A stretch of 64,000 bases of DNA from Hormiphora californensis (lineage: Eukaryota > Animalia > Ctenophora). The stretch spans positions 4,216,001-4,280,000 of the forward strand of contig CM035354.1 of assembly GCA_020137815.1 (NCBI GenBank). Reading direction: 5' to 3'. How positions within the stretch are numbered: the first letter of the stretch is position 1; each line of letters starts with the position of its first letter. Positions 1-40,823 of the stretch are shown here, piece by piece. A program made the translations under genes and the position numbers. Under the pieces are notes generated by a model that searched no databases, was not told the origin of the DNA, and saw nothing but the letters and a program-made list of their open reading frames with translations.

Positions 1-1
1 T

Positions 2-42
<41 letters not shown>

Positions 43-858
43 TCAGAATGGTCTCCGTCTAGACAACAAGACTGCAACTGTCAGTGCCTGACAGCATCAC
101 CCTTGATACTGATAGAGCTGTGATGGGTGATTTTTTGAGAACATTTTTTACTAAAATTAGAATATGTTAGGATTGGCTTGCAGTAACGGAGTTACTACAA
201 GTGCTGGGACTAGCAGTCATAAAGTTCAATTCTAGAACCTCTATGCGATGCCCCTCTATTAATAGAGGGGCATGGCATGCAGGGGTCCCGGTCATTGGCA
301 GTCAGGATCATCTTTGATGATTCGATATGATACCCACTGGGTGTCATATCGAATCATTATTACCCAGCCACAGCTCTGGTGAATTTAGGGGTTTGTTTTT
401 AGGATAATTGATGTAACTGTTACGCTGTCAGTGTTTATTTAATCATTCCATACACAAGTGATCTGCGTTTTCAAGGGGCCGTTTGGGGGTGGCCAATGGA
501 TAGTTGAAGAATGAATTCAAAATCATGGGCAGCAGATCTATTCCGCAGAACCACACCAACATCATGATAATATTACCTCAAGTAGAGAGATCCTCACAGA
601 TTCTAATATCAGCGCCATCTCCGATCCAAGTCTAGATCCACATTTGTAGATAAACGAATCCACATACACCTGCTAGTCGCTACTCTCTCGTATAATATCT
701 AAAAGGGGGAGAGATGATGAGAAAGAGACGTTATATGGTTTACTACGTGGGCTTCCCTGCCATAAACAGTATAGCGATCAGTTGAGTGGTATCGATACTA
801 CTATGTGTATTATGTGAGTGGGAGAGAGAGAGAGAGAGAGAGAGAGGACCTTGGAGAT

Positions 859-898
<40 letters not shown>

Positions 899-1983
899 AG
901 AGAGACTGTGAGGGTAATTTGGTGACTGAGTGGTAAGGATGAGTTAGTAAATCATATATTCATGATGATATATAATAATATCATTGATATTGACGGTCGA
1001 CGGAGTGAATTGAACTTGAAGCTGAAGGTAAAACGAATCTCAACTCACCATGATCTGATGTGGAAGCCACAACTTCTTGACAGAGATCAGAAGCCAGAAT
1101 TAATGTCTCATAGTTTCTCTCCCACTACCAGCGTCACAAAAGCGTATTGCTACTTTTGGATCCGCACAGGAATCCACTCAACTACTAACTAGAATCCTGG
1201 GAGAATCCCTATAACAGCTGTAAATATTTCTGTAAATATTATAAGTTATTGACACTATATTATGTTGTCACTGAACATGAAAATATAATACTAATAGTAG
1301 TTGTGGAACGTTTTGTATTGTTTCATGACCCGATGCCGAGATTTGAGGAACACCAGAACTATAACTCTAATGTTTCTCAGATCTCTGAGACCATGGCTGA
1401 TTTAGAAACGGCCTGGGACAAAAAGAACTGGAATACAAATTGTTCCACAACCACTATGATGGGGTCACCACGTGGGTAAAAACATGATTTTGGGGGGTTT
1501 TTACTGTGAAAATTTAAATAATAATATATCAACAAAAACACATTCAACGGTTATATATTTTGTGATAGGGCTGCTGCTCAGGGTGAACATTCCTGAACAA
1601 TGACGGTAACCATGGTAACCATGGTAACCATGGCAACCATGAAGATCAATGTAGGTGGTGCAGACTCTGTAAAAATATAGATCTCCAGCTCTGTCTGGCG
1701 GTGCCCAGTGCGTTCAGATCGGCTCGGCGCCGCCAGCTCCAGTATCACTAATATGTAAAATATTTTATTAAGAAACGTCAGGCCACGCTGCTGATGGACT
1801 GCAATGAATGAATCTCCCAGCTGGTATGACACACATATCGCTATATTAATAATCTCTGTATCAAAATAAAAGCACTGACTCATGTTTCCATCTCTGAGAT
1901 TCTAACTAATCATCTCTCTCTCACACACTCTTTATCTATCTCGTTCTCTCTCTATCTATCTCTCTAATGGTCTCTCTAACATC

Positions 1984-29070
<27,087 letters not shown>

Positions 29071-29754
29071 CTTACATCTACAAGGGAAAATTGGTTATGT
29101 TAAATCTGATGCTGGGAACAGCACAATGGTGCATTTTCTGTGAATAAATTTAGAGTAGCGCTTCGCACGGTTGGAAACTTAAAGCTGGCCGCGGATACGA
29201 GGAACCAGTTTATAAATGGACTCTTAAAGTGGTACTCCCTCATAGTGGGGACGCAGACGTCCAAGACCCACAAAATACAAATACAAATATACATTTATTG
29301 TCCGCTTGGCGCTTTTCATTGTCAATGGTAGGGTTCTGCGTCTTAGACAAAGTTTTATACAGGTGGCCAATATGACGGAGCACCACTGTTGTCTGTTAGT
29401 CACATGGATCGGTTACGGGAGCGCTTTCCACAAAAGAAAATTTAAATTCGCGTCTGAAAAAAACACGCGAAGTTTTTGAAAAATTTCGACTCGCCGAAAA
29501 AAAAACTTAGAGCAAAAAATCTCACGCGCGCCGCAAAAATTTAATTTGCGCGGCTTAGTATTTGCGCGGCACAAAATTTCTTATATTGGACTGTTCCAAT
29601 TTTTGAGATAATTGATAGGAAACGAATCACAAACAATGCTTATGTGGTTTCAAGAGTCTACAAATAAGTTATAATTCTTTACAGTATCGATAAAACCCTC
29701 TAAAAACCCAAAAAAGAAACGCATCTTGCGTACATGATGAACATAAATTCATTG

Positions 29755-32700
29755 TTAATTTCCGTTGATGAAAGCTTTCAGTACACGCATCTCATACTCT
29801 CCCCTGGCAACGGTATCCAGGTACTCTCTGAGAACTCGGGGGATCTGCCCACCCGACACAACAGAGGCAGTGAGACAGCAGCACAGTGCAATATCCGCAA
29901 TGGAGAGGGTGTCACCACACAGATATGTGGATGAAGAAGATGAGATGATTTTGACAAACTCGTTTAGCATCTGGGCAGTTGACTTCATCTGGGGGAGATT
30001 GGGGGTGGTTAAAAACATAGGACGGATCGAAGAGAGTAGTGTGGTTAGAAATTAATTACGGGGACTGGGGACTTGGGACGGGGGACAGTTACTAACTAAC
30101 TTAATTACTAATTAATTACCTCAAGACTATCGACCATGGCTAACATCTCATCAATAGCAGCAGCTACCGCCAGGTTCCCCTCGTTGTAGAGAGCTGTGTA
30201 GCCCTGGGATCGGGCCAGATATCGGAGGATGTTACTCAGGCCAAATACTGGCACCTGCCGACCTGATATAAACGGGATTATATTAGTTACTGTGGGAGAG
30301 TGAGGGTGGAGTGGGGTGTAGTGGGGGAGTGTAGTGGAGGAGTGAGGGTGGAGTGTTTGTTTAAGTGAGAGTGGACCGACACAGAATTAGACAAGATTGT
30401 TGTAGGTAGTACAAAATAGTTCACCCTTCTCTTACCTGGTTTATCGACAAAGTACGCAGCGGAAGTGTCCTTGTAGATAATGTTAACTCCAGTCACCTCA
30501 CTCTCGTGTCTATTCACTTTCAGTAGTTTATTCGTTATCCCACTATCCACTGACGCAGTGTTGCTACTGTGACTAAACACCTGTGAGGCAAGGAGCTATA
30601 TACCCGCCAACAAGCTGAGGTATATTGGATGGGACATTACTCAACTTGGGTTTGTGTGAACTTAATCTGAATTCTGAATGGGATGTGAATCGATGGGATG
30701 AGAATCGAGAAGATATATTTCAGGAAACTCTAAAGTCGAATTTTTTAATCAAGGGACAGGGGGCCGTGCATTTACAAAAGTCTTTTTGCACGTGATAATC
30801 GAGATCAAGTTCCTGGCAATCTTAAGACTTGAACTCGGAAGCGTTGGAAAGATAATTTTAAGACCTTTTCAATGCAACCAAGATCAAGTCTTTATCTTAT
30901 CAGGAACAGGAGATATGAGCGAAAATGTTTAGCACACGCAAAAAGACTTTTGTAAATGCGCAGCCCCCTGTCCCTTGATTAAAAAATTCGACTATACTCC
31001 ATAGAAACTGTCAGACTTCAGAGCATGAGCATTGGCAAGAACCGTGGTCAGAGCATTGGCCTGACAGCACAGAAACGTACCGTGTACGTCGTACACGGTA
31101 TCTACCTACCACTCTAAAAGATGGGGGAGGGGGCGTGACTCCCTTTATCTTTGAAAGGATTCTGTGTGTAACCAAACCAATCATCTCCCGTATCATATGT
31201 CAGTGTAGTGTTCTAGTTTTTGGTTCGTGCCTTGATTCTAAATCTTACTGGTCCTACTTTCACGGAGAAGTAATCCCAATCGCAGACTCAGTAAGATACC
31301 TAGGTGTGAGATTCCACCATAGACTACTCTGGAACACCCACATCAAACACATTACGACAGAAGCCATGAGGAAACAACACGCGGCAAGTAGACTAATAGG
31401 GACTACCTGGGGAACCAACCCACAAATCAGCAGATGGGTCTACAACCAAGTAACCTGTCCCAAAGCCACGTTTGGCTCCCACACCTACGCCCACAATCTA
31501 GACAAAAACAAAAACATCAGGGCCAAACTGAACTCCCTGACATATCACGCAGCCAAGGGAATCACAAGATGTTCTAGATCCACTCCTCAATGTATAGCAA
31601 TACAATGTGCTAACATCACACCCCTTACCTCTCTCGCAAAGAAAACTGCCACAGACTGTCTCGCCAGGAATGGACTCTCAACAACGGGGCTTTTCACCAA
31701 AGCCTCCCAAACACGTCACACAGAGTTCACTCCAGACGGAATAAAGAATCTGATCCAAACAAATGGAACTGACCTCATCGCACCCACCCTTCTTCCCCCC
31801 AAAGCTTCAAAGTAATATTAGGTTGTCCAGTAAAGATTTTCGTTTGGCTTTTATGGGAAACTGTTTTTGAGATAGAGCAAAATGGACTTCACCATCGTTT
31901 TTCTTAAGCGATTTTGGATCGGAATATCATGCCTGATATCGGTATATGGCTGTTCTCGGTTCACACCAGGCTATTTTCTCTACCCCACTCTTGTTGCTGC
32001 TGTACGGGGTTACTTCGCGATTTTCGAGTTTTAGTACTAAAGCTGCTGTACTTCTTCAAAATGGTACCGGATTGATGTTTTGTTGCATCAAGCTTGTTCA
32101 TTGGACAATTACCTACTGTTCAAGATGTAATAAAACATCTTATCTTTAATTTGACACTGAGCAATGGGCCTCCAAAAAAATTTGGTAAAAAGTAGAAACT
32201 TTCACTTCCGGGTCTCATCAGGATTGGCTTATAATCAAAAACTCTACAGTGAAAGATAGTTCTAAGTAAGTTCTAAGACATAGTAAAGCCAATTATTTGA
32301 TTGGTTGACTTTTAAAGTGAATAATAGACGTTTTCGAACATGTACCCCAAAACGGACCAGTTTTTATGTGTATTTTTCGCTTTTTATGTTACATTTACTG
32401 TTCTAGTGGTTACTAGCGAACGCGTAGAGACCCAAATCGCATCTAAATTTCATCCTCAGACGATTTGCTATCGATTAAGCACCATAGGAGCTAAAAAGAC
32501 TGTACCAGTTTTCTTCGGGCGGCGTTTAAAAAACTTTGGTAACCCCGAACAGCGGCAACAAGAGTGGGGTAGAGAAAATAGCCTGATGGAACCCCAGAAC
32601 AGCCATACACCAATATCAGGCATGATATTCCGATCCAAAATCGCGTGAGAAAAACGGTGGTGAAGTCCATTTTGCTCTATCTCAAACCATTTTCCCACAA

Positions 32701-35700
32701 AAGCCAAACGAAAATCTTTACTGGACAACCTAATACATCCAGATCCATCTGTTCCCGTAACCATCCTTGACGCAGACCTATGGATATTCACGGATGGTTC
32801 CAAAACTGACAAGCAGACCGGAGCCGCCTGGGTCATCTTTAACAAGCAGAATGAGAGAACTGAGGAATGTGGAATCAAACTGAATGATGATTGCACGGTA
32901 CCGCAAGCAGAAATGGCTGCAATTCAGGACGCTGCGGAACATCTCCTCACCAGCACTCAAACTCGGTCCACGCTGCAATTCGCCACAGACAGTTCCTCAT
33001 GTGTCATCCAACTGGACGGAGTAACAACCCGCAGCAGTTTAACATTGAAGACCTACTCTCTTCTCAACCAACTGGCAGAAAAACACGAAGTGACTGTAAC
33101 ATGGTGTCGAGCCCACATAGGTCTACATGGGAATGAAGCGGCGGACGCACTAGCTAAATCAGCAGCAAACTCGTCCACACTGCCAATGAAATCGATCCCC
33201 ACCTCACCCTCCGTTTGGAAACACATATCCTCCGTTCAGAGATCATTCAACAGACAAGCAGATCTAGTGAAACTCCTAGAAAACTCCAAATCCACTAACC
33301 TGCTAGCCCCGGCCATCATTAACTCTGATATGTCTAAAACGCTCAACGAACTCAACTCTTCAGACTTACGGCTTCTATCAAACTTTCTAGCTAACCGTTA
33401 CCCCCTCAAATCTTTCCTTTTCAAAATAGGGGCCATATCGGACAACACTTGCAGATACTGTAATTTAGACTCGGAGTCTAACCATCACATTCTCTGTCAC
33501 TGTGAAGCCCTTTGGAGAGAACGTAACAAACACTTTTTCCACTTCTACATTCCCATTCCTCACAAGATTGATGCCAGGCCCATTCTCAAGTTCCTTCACA
33601 CCATTGACTTCCACGCACTCGAATTTTTGTGACTCTTTTACCGACTAGACTGTACTTTTTACTTTTACACTTCTCTTACTTATTTTTCCAATCTTGTTTT
33701 TTTCTTTAGTTCTACCCCATTACACCCTACCTTCCCATCCTCTCCTACCCTACCTTACTCCCTTTCCCCCCCCCCCCCCTTAGGCATATTTATATATACA
33801 TCTCGATGTTATATCATAAGGTCTTTCTCCTGTCCTGTACTAGTATATCTGTTCTTGCATCCCAACCCACAAGGAAATAGAAGCCATGATAAGATCCATC
33901 GTATCCTGGCTGCTATCTCCACGCCCGCCACCTTTCCTACCACCCAGGTTATGGTTCCCACAGCCCAAAATCTCCTGGTGGTTCTGTAATGCAGTGTTAA
34001 CTGGAATGACAGCCATATCCCTCTACCACGATCAGCCAAGCACACACAGCTTCCACCCATTTAATATATTCATGAAAACTATATCCACTCCGTTCACTTC
34101 CCTTTCCCATATACCTTACCCTCCAACTGTTACAGGAACTATGTCTTGACTTAACTACAACGGACGATAATCCTTCATACATCCACCCTCCATTATAGCC
34201 ATTCTGATCTCCCCGACTGTCCTCGAGTCATCATGGGGACCTCTCAGATCAGAAATGTGCTCCTCAACCTCTCTCTTCTATTCTTCCCGATTCCCACTTC
34301 TTCCAAAATCCCTCCACGTCGGAGACACTTCATGATCCGGCACGATACCCAGGACAGCGATGTCCCCCGCATCAGACTCTGTGCTCGGTACCAACAAGGG
34401 TACCACTGGGTATCGTGTATGTCGGTTGAAGTAAGACTGAGTTACTGGGGTCTCCCCTATATTTTCCATCAAGGCTAGCATGAAAATACTATCAGAGTAG
34501 ACCAAGATGAGGGGGAGAACTCAGTATCCCAGGTTCCTAAGACGTCTTTACAAACAAACAAACAAACAAACTTTCACATGTTTGATGTTTTTTATATTTT
34601 CTAGTTAAATTCATTTCACTAGCCATGAAAAACGAGCTTGAGTGCCAAAACTGCTATCGGGAGGTCGATAACGCCGCGAATTTAAAACGCCACATAGATG
34701 CTGGAAAATGCAAAAGCACCATCAAGCACGGTAATATCAGCCGATTTTTCACTCCAAAGGTAAATCTGCATTGCGTTGCTAGACAGACTCGTATATCAGT
34801 ATCATGCAGTGCGAGGCATCAACTCAGAACTATATTACCAACTGATCATTCCAAGTATTTGGCATTTTTAGAGACAACGTGTATCGGAGAACACTACTGA
34901 CTGTAATACGAGGACAGAAGTTAAAAAACCTGATCCACGCGTGGAGCTACCCCATGGAGATTTTGAGGTGAGTTTGCTACTTTCAAAAATATAAATAATT
35001 TCTCGCTGTCTAACTTTAAATTTTCGTGAAATGAGTGCCATCTGGGTGGCATGCTGTTAGTTGTTGCCGCTGCTACGTTAGTTGTTGCTGACCCCCGCAC
35101 CAATCAGTGTTCACCATTGAAATTTCACAACAGAAATTTGATAGTCATCAGCTATCCTATCTCGATATAAAGCACCCCTATCTTTGAGAATTTCAACTCA
35201 ACATCTAGCCAATTGTTTTTCAATCTAAGATAAGTTTTCTATTCGCCACCGAGAATTAGTCTTTCCGGATCATCTTACACATAATTCATTGTTTCTGCCT
35301 TATTCCCATGTGGTAGTCGGTAGTATAGTGGAGAGTAGTTAATATTGTAGTTAATAGTGTAGCAGCTATAGCACTTTATTTTTTAAATTTCAAAACTCCT
35401 ACTGTGGAACGCCCATTTTGCTTCCCCCTACTCTCTAGACAATTAAAAGTGTGCTTGTGTGTTGAAGGCTGAAAGGAGATGCAGGATCCCAAACCATCCA
35501 CCCCTGCAACTACCTTGATTTGATTTGATAAGAGTGGTTGGCGTGGTCCTTTCGGGGGCACTACGCACGGGGGCCAATCACTTAGTAGTACCAGCACCGT
35601 ACAGTGACTATAGAGTGTGAGTGTTGTATAGTCACAGTGACTGTAGTACATACCTTGATAAGAGTTTTACCAGTTACTCTCCCTGATCCAAACCACCCTG

Positions 35701-37087
35701 TCCTGTGCACAGTGTGCAGGGGTGGATGGTTTGGTGGTGTTATACATACCTTGATAAGAGTATTGCTCTTCCTTGCGAGGATAGCACCCAGGTATACAGC
35801 GGGGGAACCAACTCCACACCCTATCACGATATCCACCTTCCCTGATGAAGCTCCAGTAGAGGGAGGCACACAATCGACCTGACATGGGGGAGGGAGGGGG
35901 TGTTAGAGGGAGGCACACAATCGACCTGACATGGGGGAGGGAGGTTGTTAGAGGGAGGCGCACAATCGACCTGACATGGGGGAGGGAGGGGGGTGTTAGA
36001 GGAAGGCGCACAATCGACCTGATATGGGGGAGGGAGTGGGGTGTTAGAGGGAGGCACACACTGCACAGTCAACCTGACATGGGGGAGGGAGGGAGGGGTT
36101 AGAGGGAGGCACACAATCGACCTGACATGGGGGAGGGAGGGGGGTGTTAGAGGAAGGCGCACAATCGACCTGATATGGGGGGAGGGAGGGGGTGTTAGAG
36201 GGAGGCGCACACTGCACAGTCAACCTGACATGGGGGAGGGAGGGAGGGGTTAGAGGGAGGCGCGGCGCACAGTCAACCTGTCATGGGGGGAGGGGGTTGT
36301 TAGAGGGAGGCGCACAGTCAACCTTACATAGGGGGGAGGGGGTTGTTAGGGAGGGGAGGGGTGCAAACTCAGAGAAACCTGCATGGCACTCGCTTTCTGT
36401 CATGGGGAGGGAGGGTGTTAGAGGGAGGCGCACAGTCAACCTGGCATGGGGGAGGGAGGTTGTTAGAGGGAGGCGCACAGTCAACCTGGGGTCGAGGGAC
36501 TAGGGAGGGAGGTTTTTTAGAAGGGGAGGTATCGCTTTCTGTGATAGTTCATTCATCATTGTGTGCTTGGGGGACGGGGGTTCGTTCTTGTTAGTTTGGA
36601 ATATAAATGGAAGGAAGCCGACATCTAAAAAGTATTGTGATAAAAAGTGCTGTGTTGAATAGGGGCCTAACAGAAGCTATTGTGTAGCTGTGCCCGCTTT
36701 GTTCTAAAACAACTCCACAGTCCACATCATTGCAAGTTGTTGTTTTGGACAGACAGTAGTGTCATTTGTCTAAACACGTCTAAATCAGATCATGAGTAGT
36801 TTGGTCTGGTTTGGTTCGACTGTTTGGTTTGGTTCGTGTTAAACACACGTAACTAACAGTAACAGATAAAACTGTAATTGCAGTACCTCGATCTTGTTGA
36901 GTCGTGCCTGGAGTTGTTCCATATCCGCTAAACACTTGTCCTGTCTCCTCTCCAGATCCGTGACATCCCCGGCTGATGATGACGTCATATCAGTAGTGAC
37001 GTCATCGTGTATCGGCCTCATACTGTACATGTTGATGGAGGGGGTGGCTACTACAATGTCTTGGTAGATCTTGGGTGCTGCGTACAT
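29755..37087 (-). CDS. AIMP2: AIMP2/JTV-1-like aminoacyl-tRNA synthetase complex scaffold (GST-like fold), 5 exons, ~283 aa
   Basis: Exons 36887-37087, 35750-35878, 30436-30580, 30120-30262, 29755-29988 join in frame. Coiled-coil LERRQDKCLADMEQLQARL, then DIVI...SP, VFSHSS, G..NI.RYL and GST-C YLCGDTLSIADI motifs in AIMP2 order. Confidence 0.75.
30733..30994. mobile_element. TA-flanked MITE (~260 bp)
   Basis: ~57-bp TIRs AGTCGAATTTTTTAATCAAGGGACAGGGG... and its reverse complement. Confidence 0.8.
31264..34570 (+). mobile_element. 5'-truncated non-LTR retrotransposon (RT C-terminus, RNase H, CCHC finger, long 3' UTR, (CAAA)n tail)
   Basis: VRYLGV (RT thumb); IFTDGSK...QAEMAAI...TDS...WCRAHIGLHGNEAADALAK (RNase H); CRYC...HILCHC. 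Tail (CAAA)n at 34551-34570. Putative TSD ACTTTCAC at 31256-31263 and 34570-34577. ORF is broken by a frameshift near 31800 and a MITE. Confidence 0.9.
31818..32733. mobile_element. mariner-like MITE (TTAGGTTGTCC termini, TA TSD) inserted in the LINE ORF
   Basis: ~85-bp TIRs; TA at 31816-17 and 32734-35; removal joins FKVI to HPDPSV upstream of RNase H. Confidence 0.9.
34625..34759 (+). other. Exon-like fragment encoding a C2H(C) zinc finger and a PIP-box-like motif
   Basis: MKNELECQNCYREVDNAANLKRHIDAGKC...NISRFFTPK; preceded by TTTCACTAG|CC-ATG and followed by AG|GTAAAT. No downstream exons identified. Confidence 0.35.
35858..36490. repeat. ~45-55-bp minisatellite, ~13 copies, overlapping the AIMP2 exon 2 acceptor
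   Basis: Unit GAGGGAGGCRCACARTCRACCTGACATGGGGGAGGGAGGGGGTGTTA directly visible. Confidence 0.92.
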
Positions 37088-37437
37088 TGCTATATCATAG
37101 GTGGAGGGAGAGAGTTAGTGAGATTATATAGGCTAGTATAGGGAGATAGGCTGGAGAGGGTTAGGGAGATTGACAGGGTAATATATAATAGTGGTCATAG
37201 GGCCAAGATTGTTCATAAAGGGGAGCGGGAGAGTAAGGGGATGGAGGGCAATAGAGGGTTCATTGGGTCGAGGCCAGAGATTGTTCATTAAAAGTGGGAA
37301 GACGGTGAGGGAGGACACATAGTGAGTGAAACAGTGAGACAGAGTGATTGCACCCCCTGCTATATGTGACTCATATTATAACATACTTCCTCTAAAACCA
37401 AGCATATTGCGAATCCTCCTTCCAACTCACTCTCACA

Positions 37438-37531
<94 letters not shown>

Positions 37532-37660
37532 CTCTCTCTCCCTCTCACTACTCTGCTCACACATCCTCACACTCTAATGACTAGCAGCGGATTTCTTAAG
37601 ACGGTGTGTTTACATTATTTGTGTGTTTAGTGTGTACAATTGGTCACACATTCATTAATC

Positions 37661-38098
37661 ATGGATGCTTTGAAGGTGGCTAAGAAGAAGAAGGTAAGGC
37701 TTTGTTGAACCACCACAACTCCATTGTGGTGTCTGTTGAGTCTGATATTCATGTGAGCCCAAAGCCTTTTTTCATGTACGTGGTGCTCAAATAGAGCACA
37801 TAATGGATTGTAATAAAAGATTTTATGTTTGAATTGTTATTGCTGCATTAACCTCAATATTCTCATCGAATCAAATCCAAGAGTAGTAAATTCATGCACT
37901 GTATGCTGATACATACATCTCACTGTCTTTCTCTCACTGTCTTTCTCTCACTGTCTTTCTCTCACTGTCTTTCTCTCTATCTCTCTCTATCTCTCCCTCT
38001 ATGATTCCTCTCTCAATCTCTCTCTCTCTCTTTCTCTCTCTCTCTTTCTCTCTCTCACTATCTCTCTCTCTATGATCCCTCTCTCATTCTCACTTTCT

Positions 38099-38131
<33 letters not shown>

Positions 38132-38683
38132 CACTCTGATGAGGGGCCTCATGAGGTGGAAGATTATATTCGATATCATATAGTCGCTTAGTCTAGTTAT
38201 TATTGTTGTTGTTCTCCTTTCTTGTTCTCCATTTCTTTGTGTTCTGCAAGATTGAAAACTAGCCCAAGATGGTAGGTGTGTTATTCAAGTTTTTAGGTTT
38301 TTAAAACTCATTACAAATGAACATATCTGTGTCATCATGACCATCACAGAGCGCTCATTTTATGAAACAAAATGTACCCACACGAGTCTCATATAATATC
38401 ATGTAGCTGCTTCACCCATGTTGATGTACACATGATGAGACGATATATCGTAGATGAGAGAACCAAACGAGCTCAATTCATCAATACACGACCTCTCTAT
38501 CTCTCTCTGAGGATGGTTTCTCTCTCTTATTTCTCTCTCTCTGTCTCTCTCTCACTCATTTCTATCACACAAGGTACACGTATAACAGGCGATCTCGCTG
38601 AGTAATCAATCGATCAAAGGAACTTTGTATCTATCTCTGTGTGTCTAACAATCAGTATATCTCTCTCTATATCTCTCCCTCCC

Positions 38684-38722
<39 letters not shown>

Positions 38723-40156
38723 TCATCCTACACTGGATCTTGAGAGATCAAAAGTGAGCATTTCCATCGATCGTGTTTGTTGTGTGTGTGACCTGTGATC
38801 TACATCTACACAATGGGTAGAACTGTAAGTTAACTAATCGAGGATTAATCTAGGAGATCAGTAAACTTGAATGTCCTAATTCATCTACCACTCACGTTCA
38901 CAGTTTTACATGTACAATCATGGCTGACAAGCCGACAGAGTTATTTATAGTTCACGTGCCTAAATTCAGTTCTTTAGGCCGTTCTAGGCGCCCATTCGGT
39001 TATATGGAAGTTCTATTCGTTCGCATTCCGTGGCGCCAAAAAGTGAGAACGAATAGAACTTCTATATTACCCTCATATCATCCTTATGACCAACTATTTC
39101 TCTACTTAGATATTTGAGCCCCCTTTCTTCGTTTCATCAGCTCCTCATGGAACATGTACCTTCCTTCCTTCCTTGTTAATGATATCTACCAGAAACTGAA
39201 GTGCTCTACTCTATTACCCTCCACTCTCTCCATTCTATCACACTTCCCTCTCTCTATTCTTACACCCTTCTCTCTCCTTTATTCTAGCCGTTCTCAATGA
39301 AGAGCCTGGATAAGAAGATAAAGGCGCTGGAAAAGTTGATAGCCAATCCTGAGAGACTCAACAGTGCCATCTATAACCTGCTTCAAGCGAATGATCTTAA
39401 CCATGATCATCAAATCAGCAGAGCCGAGTTTCAGGTACATGTGATCGGAGTTTAGTTAAATGTCGGTGGGGGTTTCAAGTGGTAACATCTCTTGATTTAT
39501 CTGGTCTGAAAGTTATTTAGCTCCTATCCATCCTTCCCCTTGCTTTGCTCGACCCTCTTTCTGTGCGCTCCGCGGGTTTGAACAAAACAACCTTCCCTAC
39601 CTAGAAAGTATTGCAAGACTACGGAATCGGAGATTTTGATGCAGTCGATGATCTATTCGAATCTCTGGACTCTAACAATAACGGATACATTTGCTACAAT
39701 GAGTTCCGACCCTTCTTCCGAGCACACACGTAGGTGTAACCCCCTAAATAGTAACCATGGTGACATCAGTAACTTAGAATGTAACCATGGTAACAAGTTG
39801 TAACCCCGTGTAATCCCCCATGACAGGAAGATCAAGCTGAAGCACCTAAAAGAGATCAGGGACATCCAAAACAAAGCCAACGAACAACAGGCAGCATCCA
39901 CTGCTGCAGCAGCAGCTGAGACCTCCTCGGATTCTTCCCCTGAACCCCAAAAGAAGAGCAACATATTTGGAAGGTGGAAGTCTACCAGAAACTAACTCGT
40001 TAAATACAGTCGGACCCCGATTTACCGGGACGCTCGGGTTTTGCCCGGTAAATCGGGGTGTCCGGTATATCGGGGTCCGACTGTTCTGCACAAACTATGT
40101 ATTATAAACTCTCAAATACTCGATATTATGAACTCTGCAGCTACTTACTCAGATGA
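37661..40156 (+). CDS. Small two-EF-hand calcium-binding protein
   Basis: Exons 37661-37693, 39288-39434, 39605-39729, 39827-39973, plus 40141-40156 (or read-through to TAA at 39995), are in frame. EF loops DLNHDHQISRAE and DSNNNGYICYNE. First and last exons are less certain. Confidence 0.7.
40007..40083. mobile_element. 77-bp mini-MITE (CAGTCGGACCCCGA termini)
   Basis: ~21-bp TIRs, TA on the left; Tc1/pogo-like CAGT end. Confidence 0.6.
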
Positions 40157-40823
40157 TGATATGATGTGAAAAGAATGTGATTGGAGTAGGGCCTGGAAGG
40201 GGAAGATATAAGGGCTGGAGGGCTCTTGAATATTATAATATCCAATTATTTTTGAAAAGTTCTAATATTTTACAAAACACAATACAATAAAAAATATTAT
40301 TTTAACTTCTTTTTCGCAGTCTCTGAAGACCAGAGTCTGTCTCTCTGAAAAGTGAAAACTTTACTAATTCCCAGCTACCCCTTCTCTTTATTATTATTAT
40401 TATTGATTAGCTCTTCATGAACAAGGTAATACAGCAAGACACTCCTTGCATGCTCAATAGAACCATGGTGCTCCACCATAGGTTATAGTATGTCCGTCAT
40501 GCGTCAAACACACTGTGCGCTATGCCGGAGCACCACATGGTAACCCAAGACGACAAGACGTGTAAAACCCCGTACAGAGCCCCCACAATGGAGGGACCTC
40601 TCCTTTTATTGATTATTGACAACAAAAAACTTTTAGCTAGCAAAATTCCAACCCCCTGTCAAATATAGTCCATCCATAAAATTAGTACTTCCCAACACAC
40701 TGAATCTCGCACATGCACCACATACAACAGACAGAATCAACACCAAACCTCTGATACATTGTCGGTTACCATGGTAACCTGTATCATTGAAGGTACCGGT
40801 TACCTAGGTAACCAACAAATGAT

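Noticed and set aside
575-700. Possible first exon of a downstream minus-strand gene (acceptor near 699, MALILESVRISLLE, donor near 576)
   Set aside because: Too short and without a recognisable motif; any continuation is not identifiable in this window.
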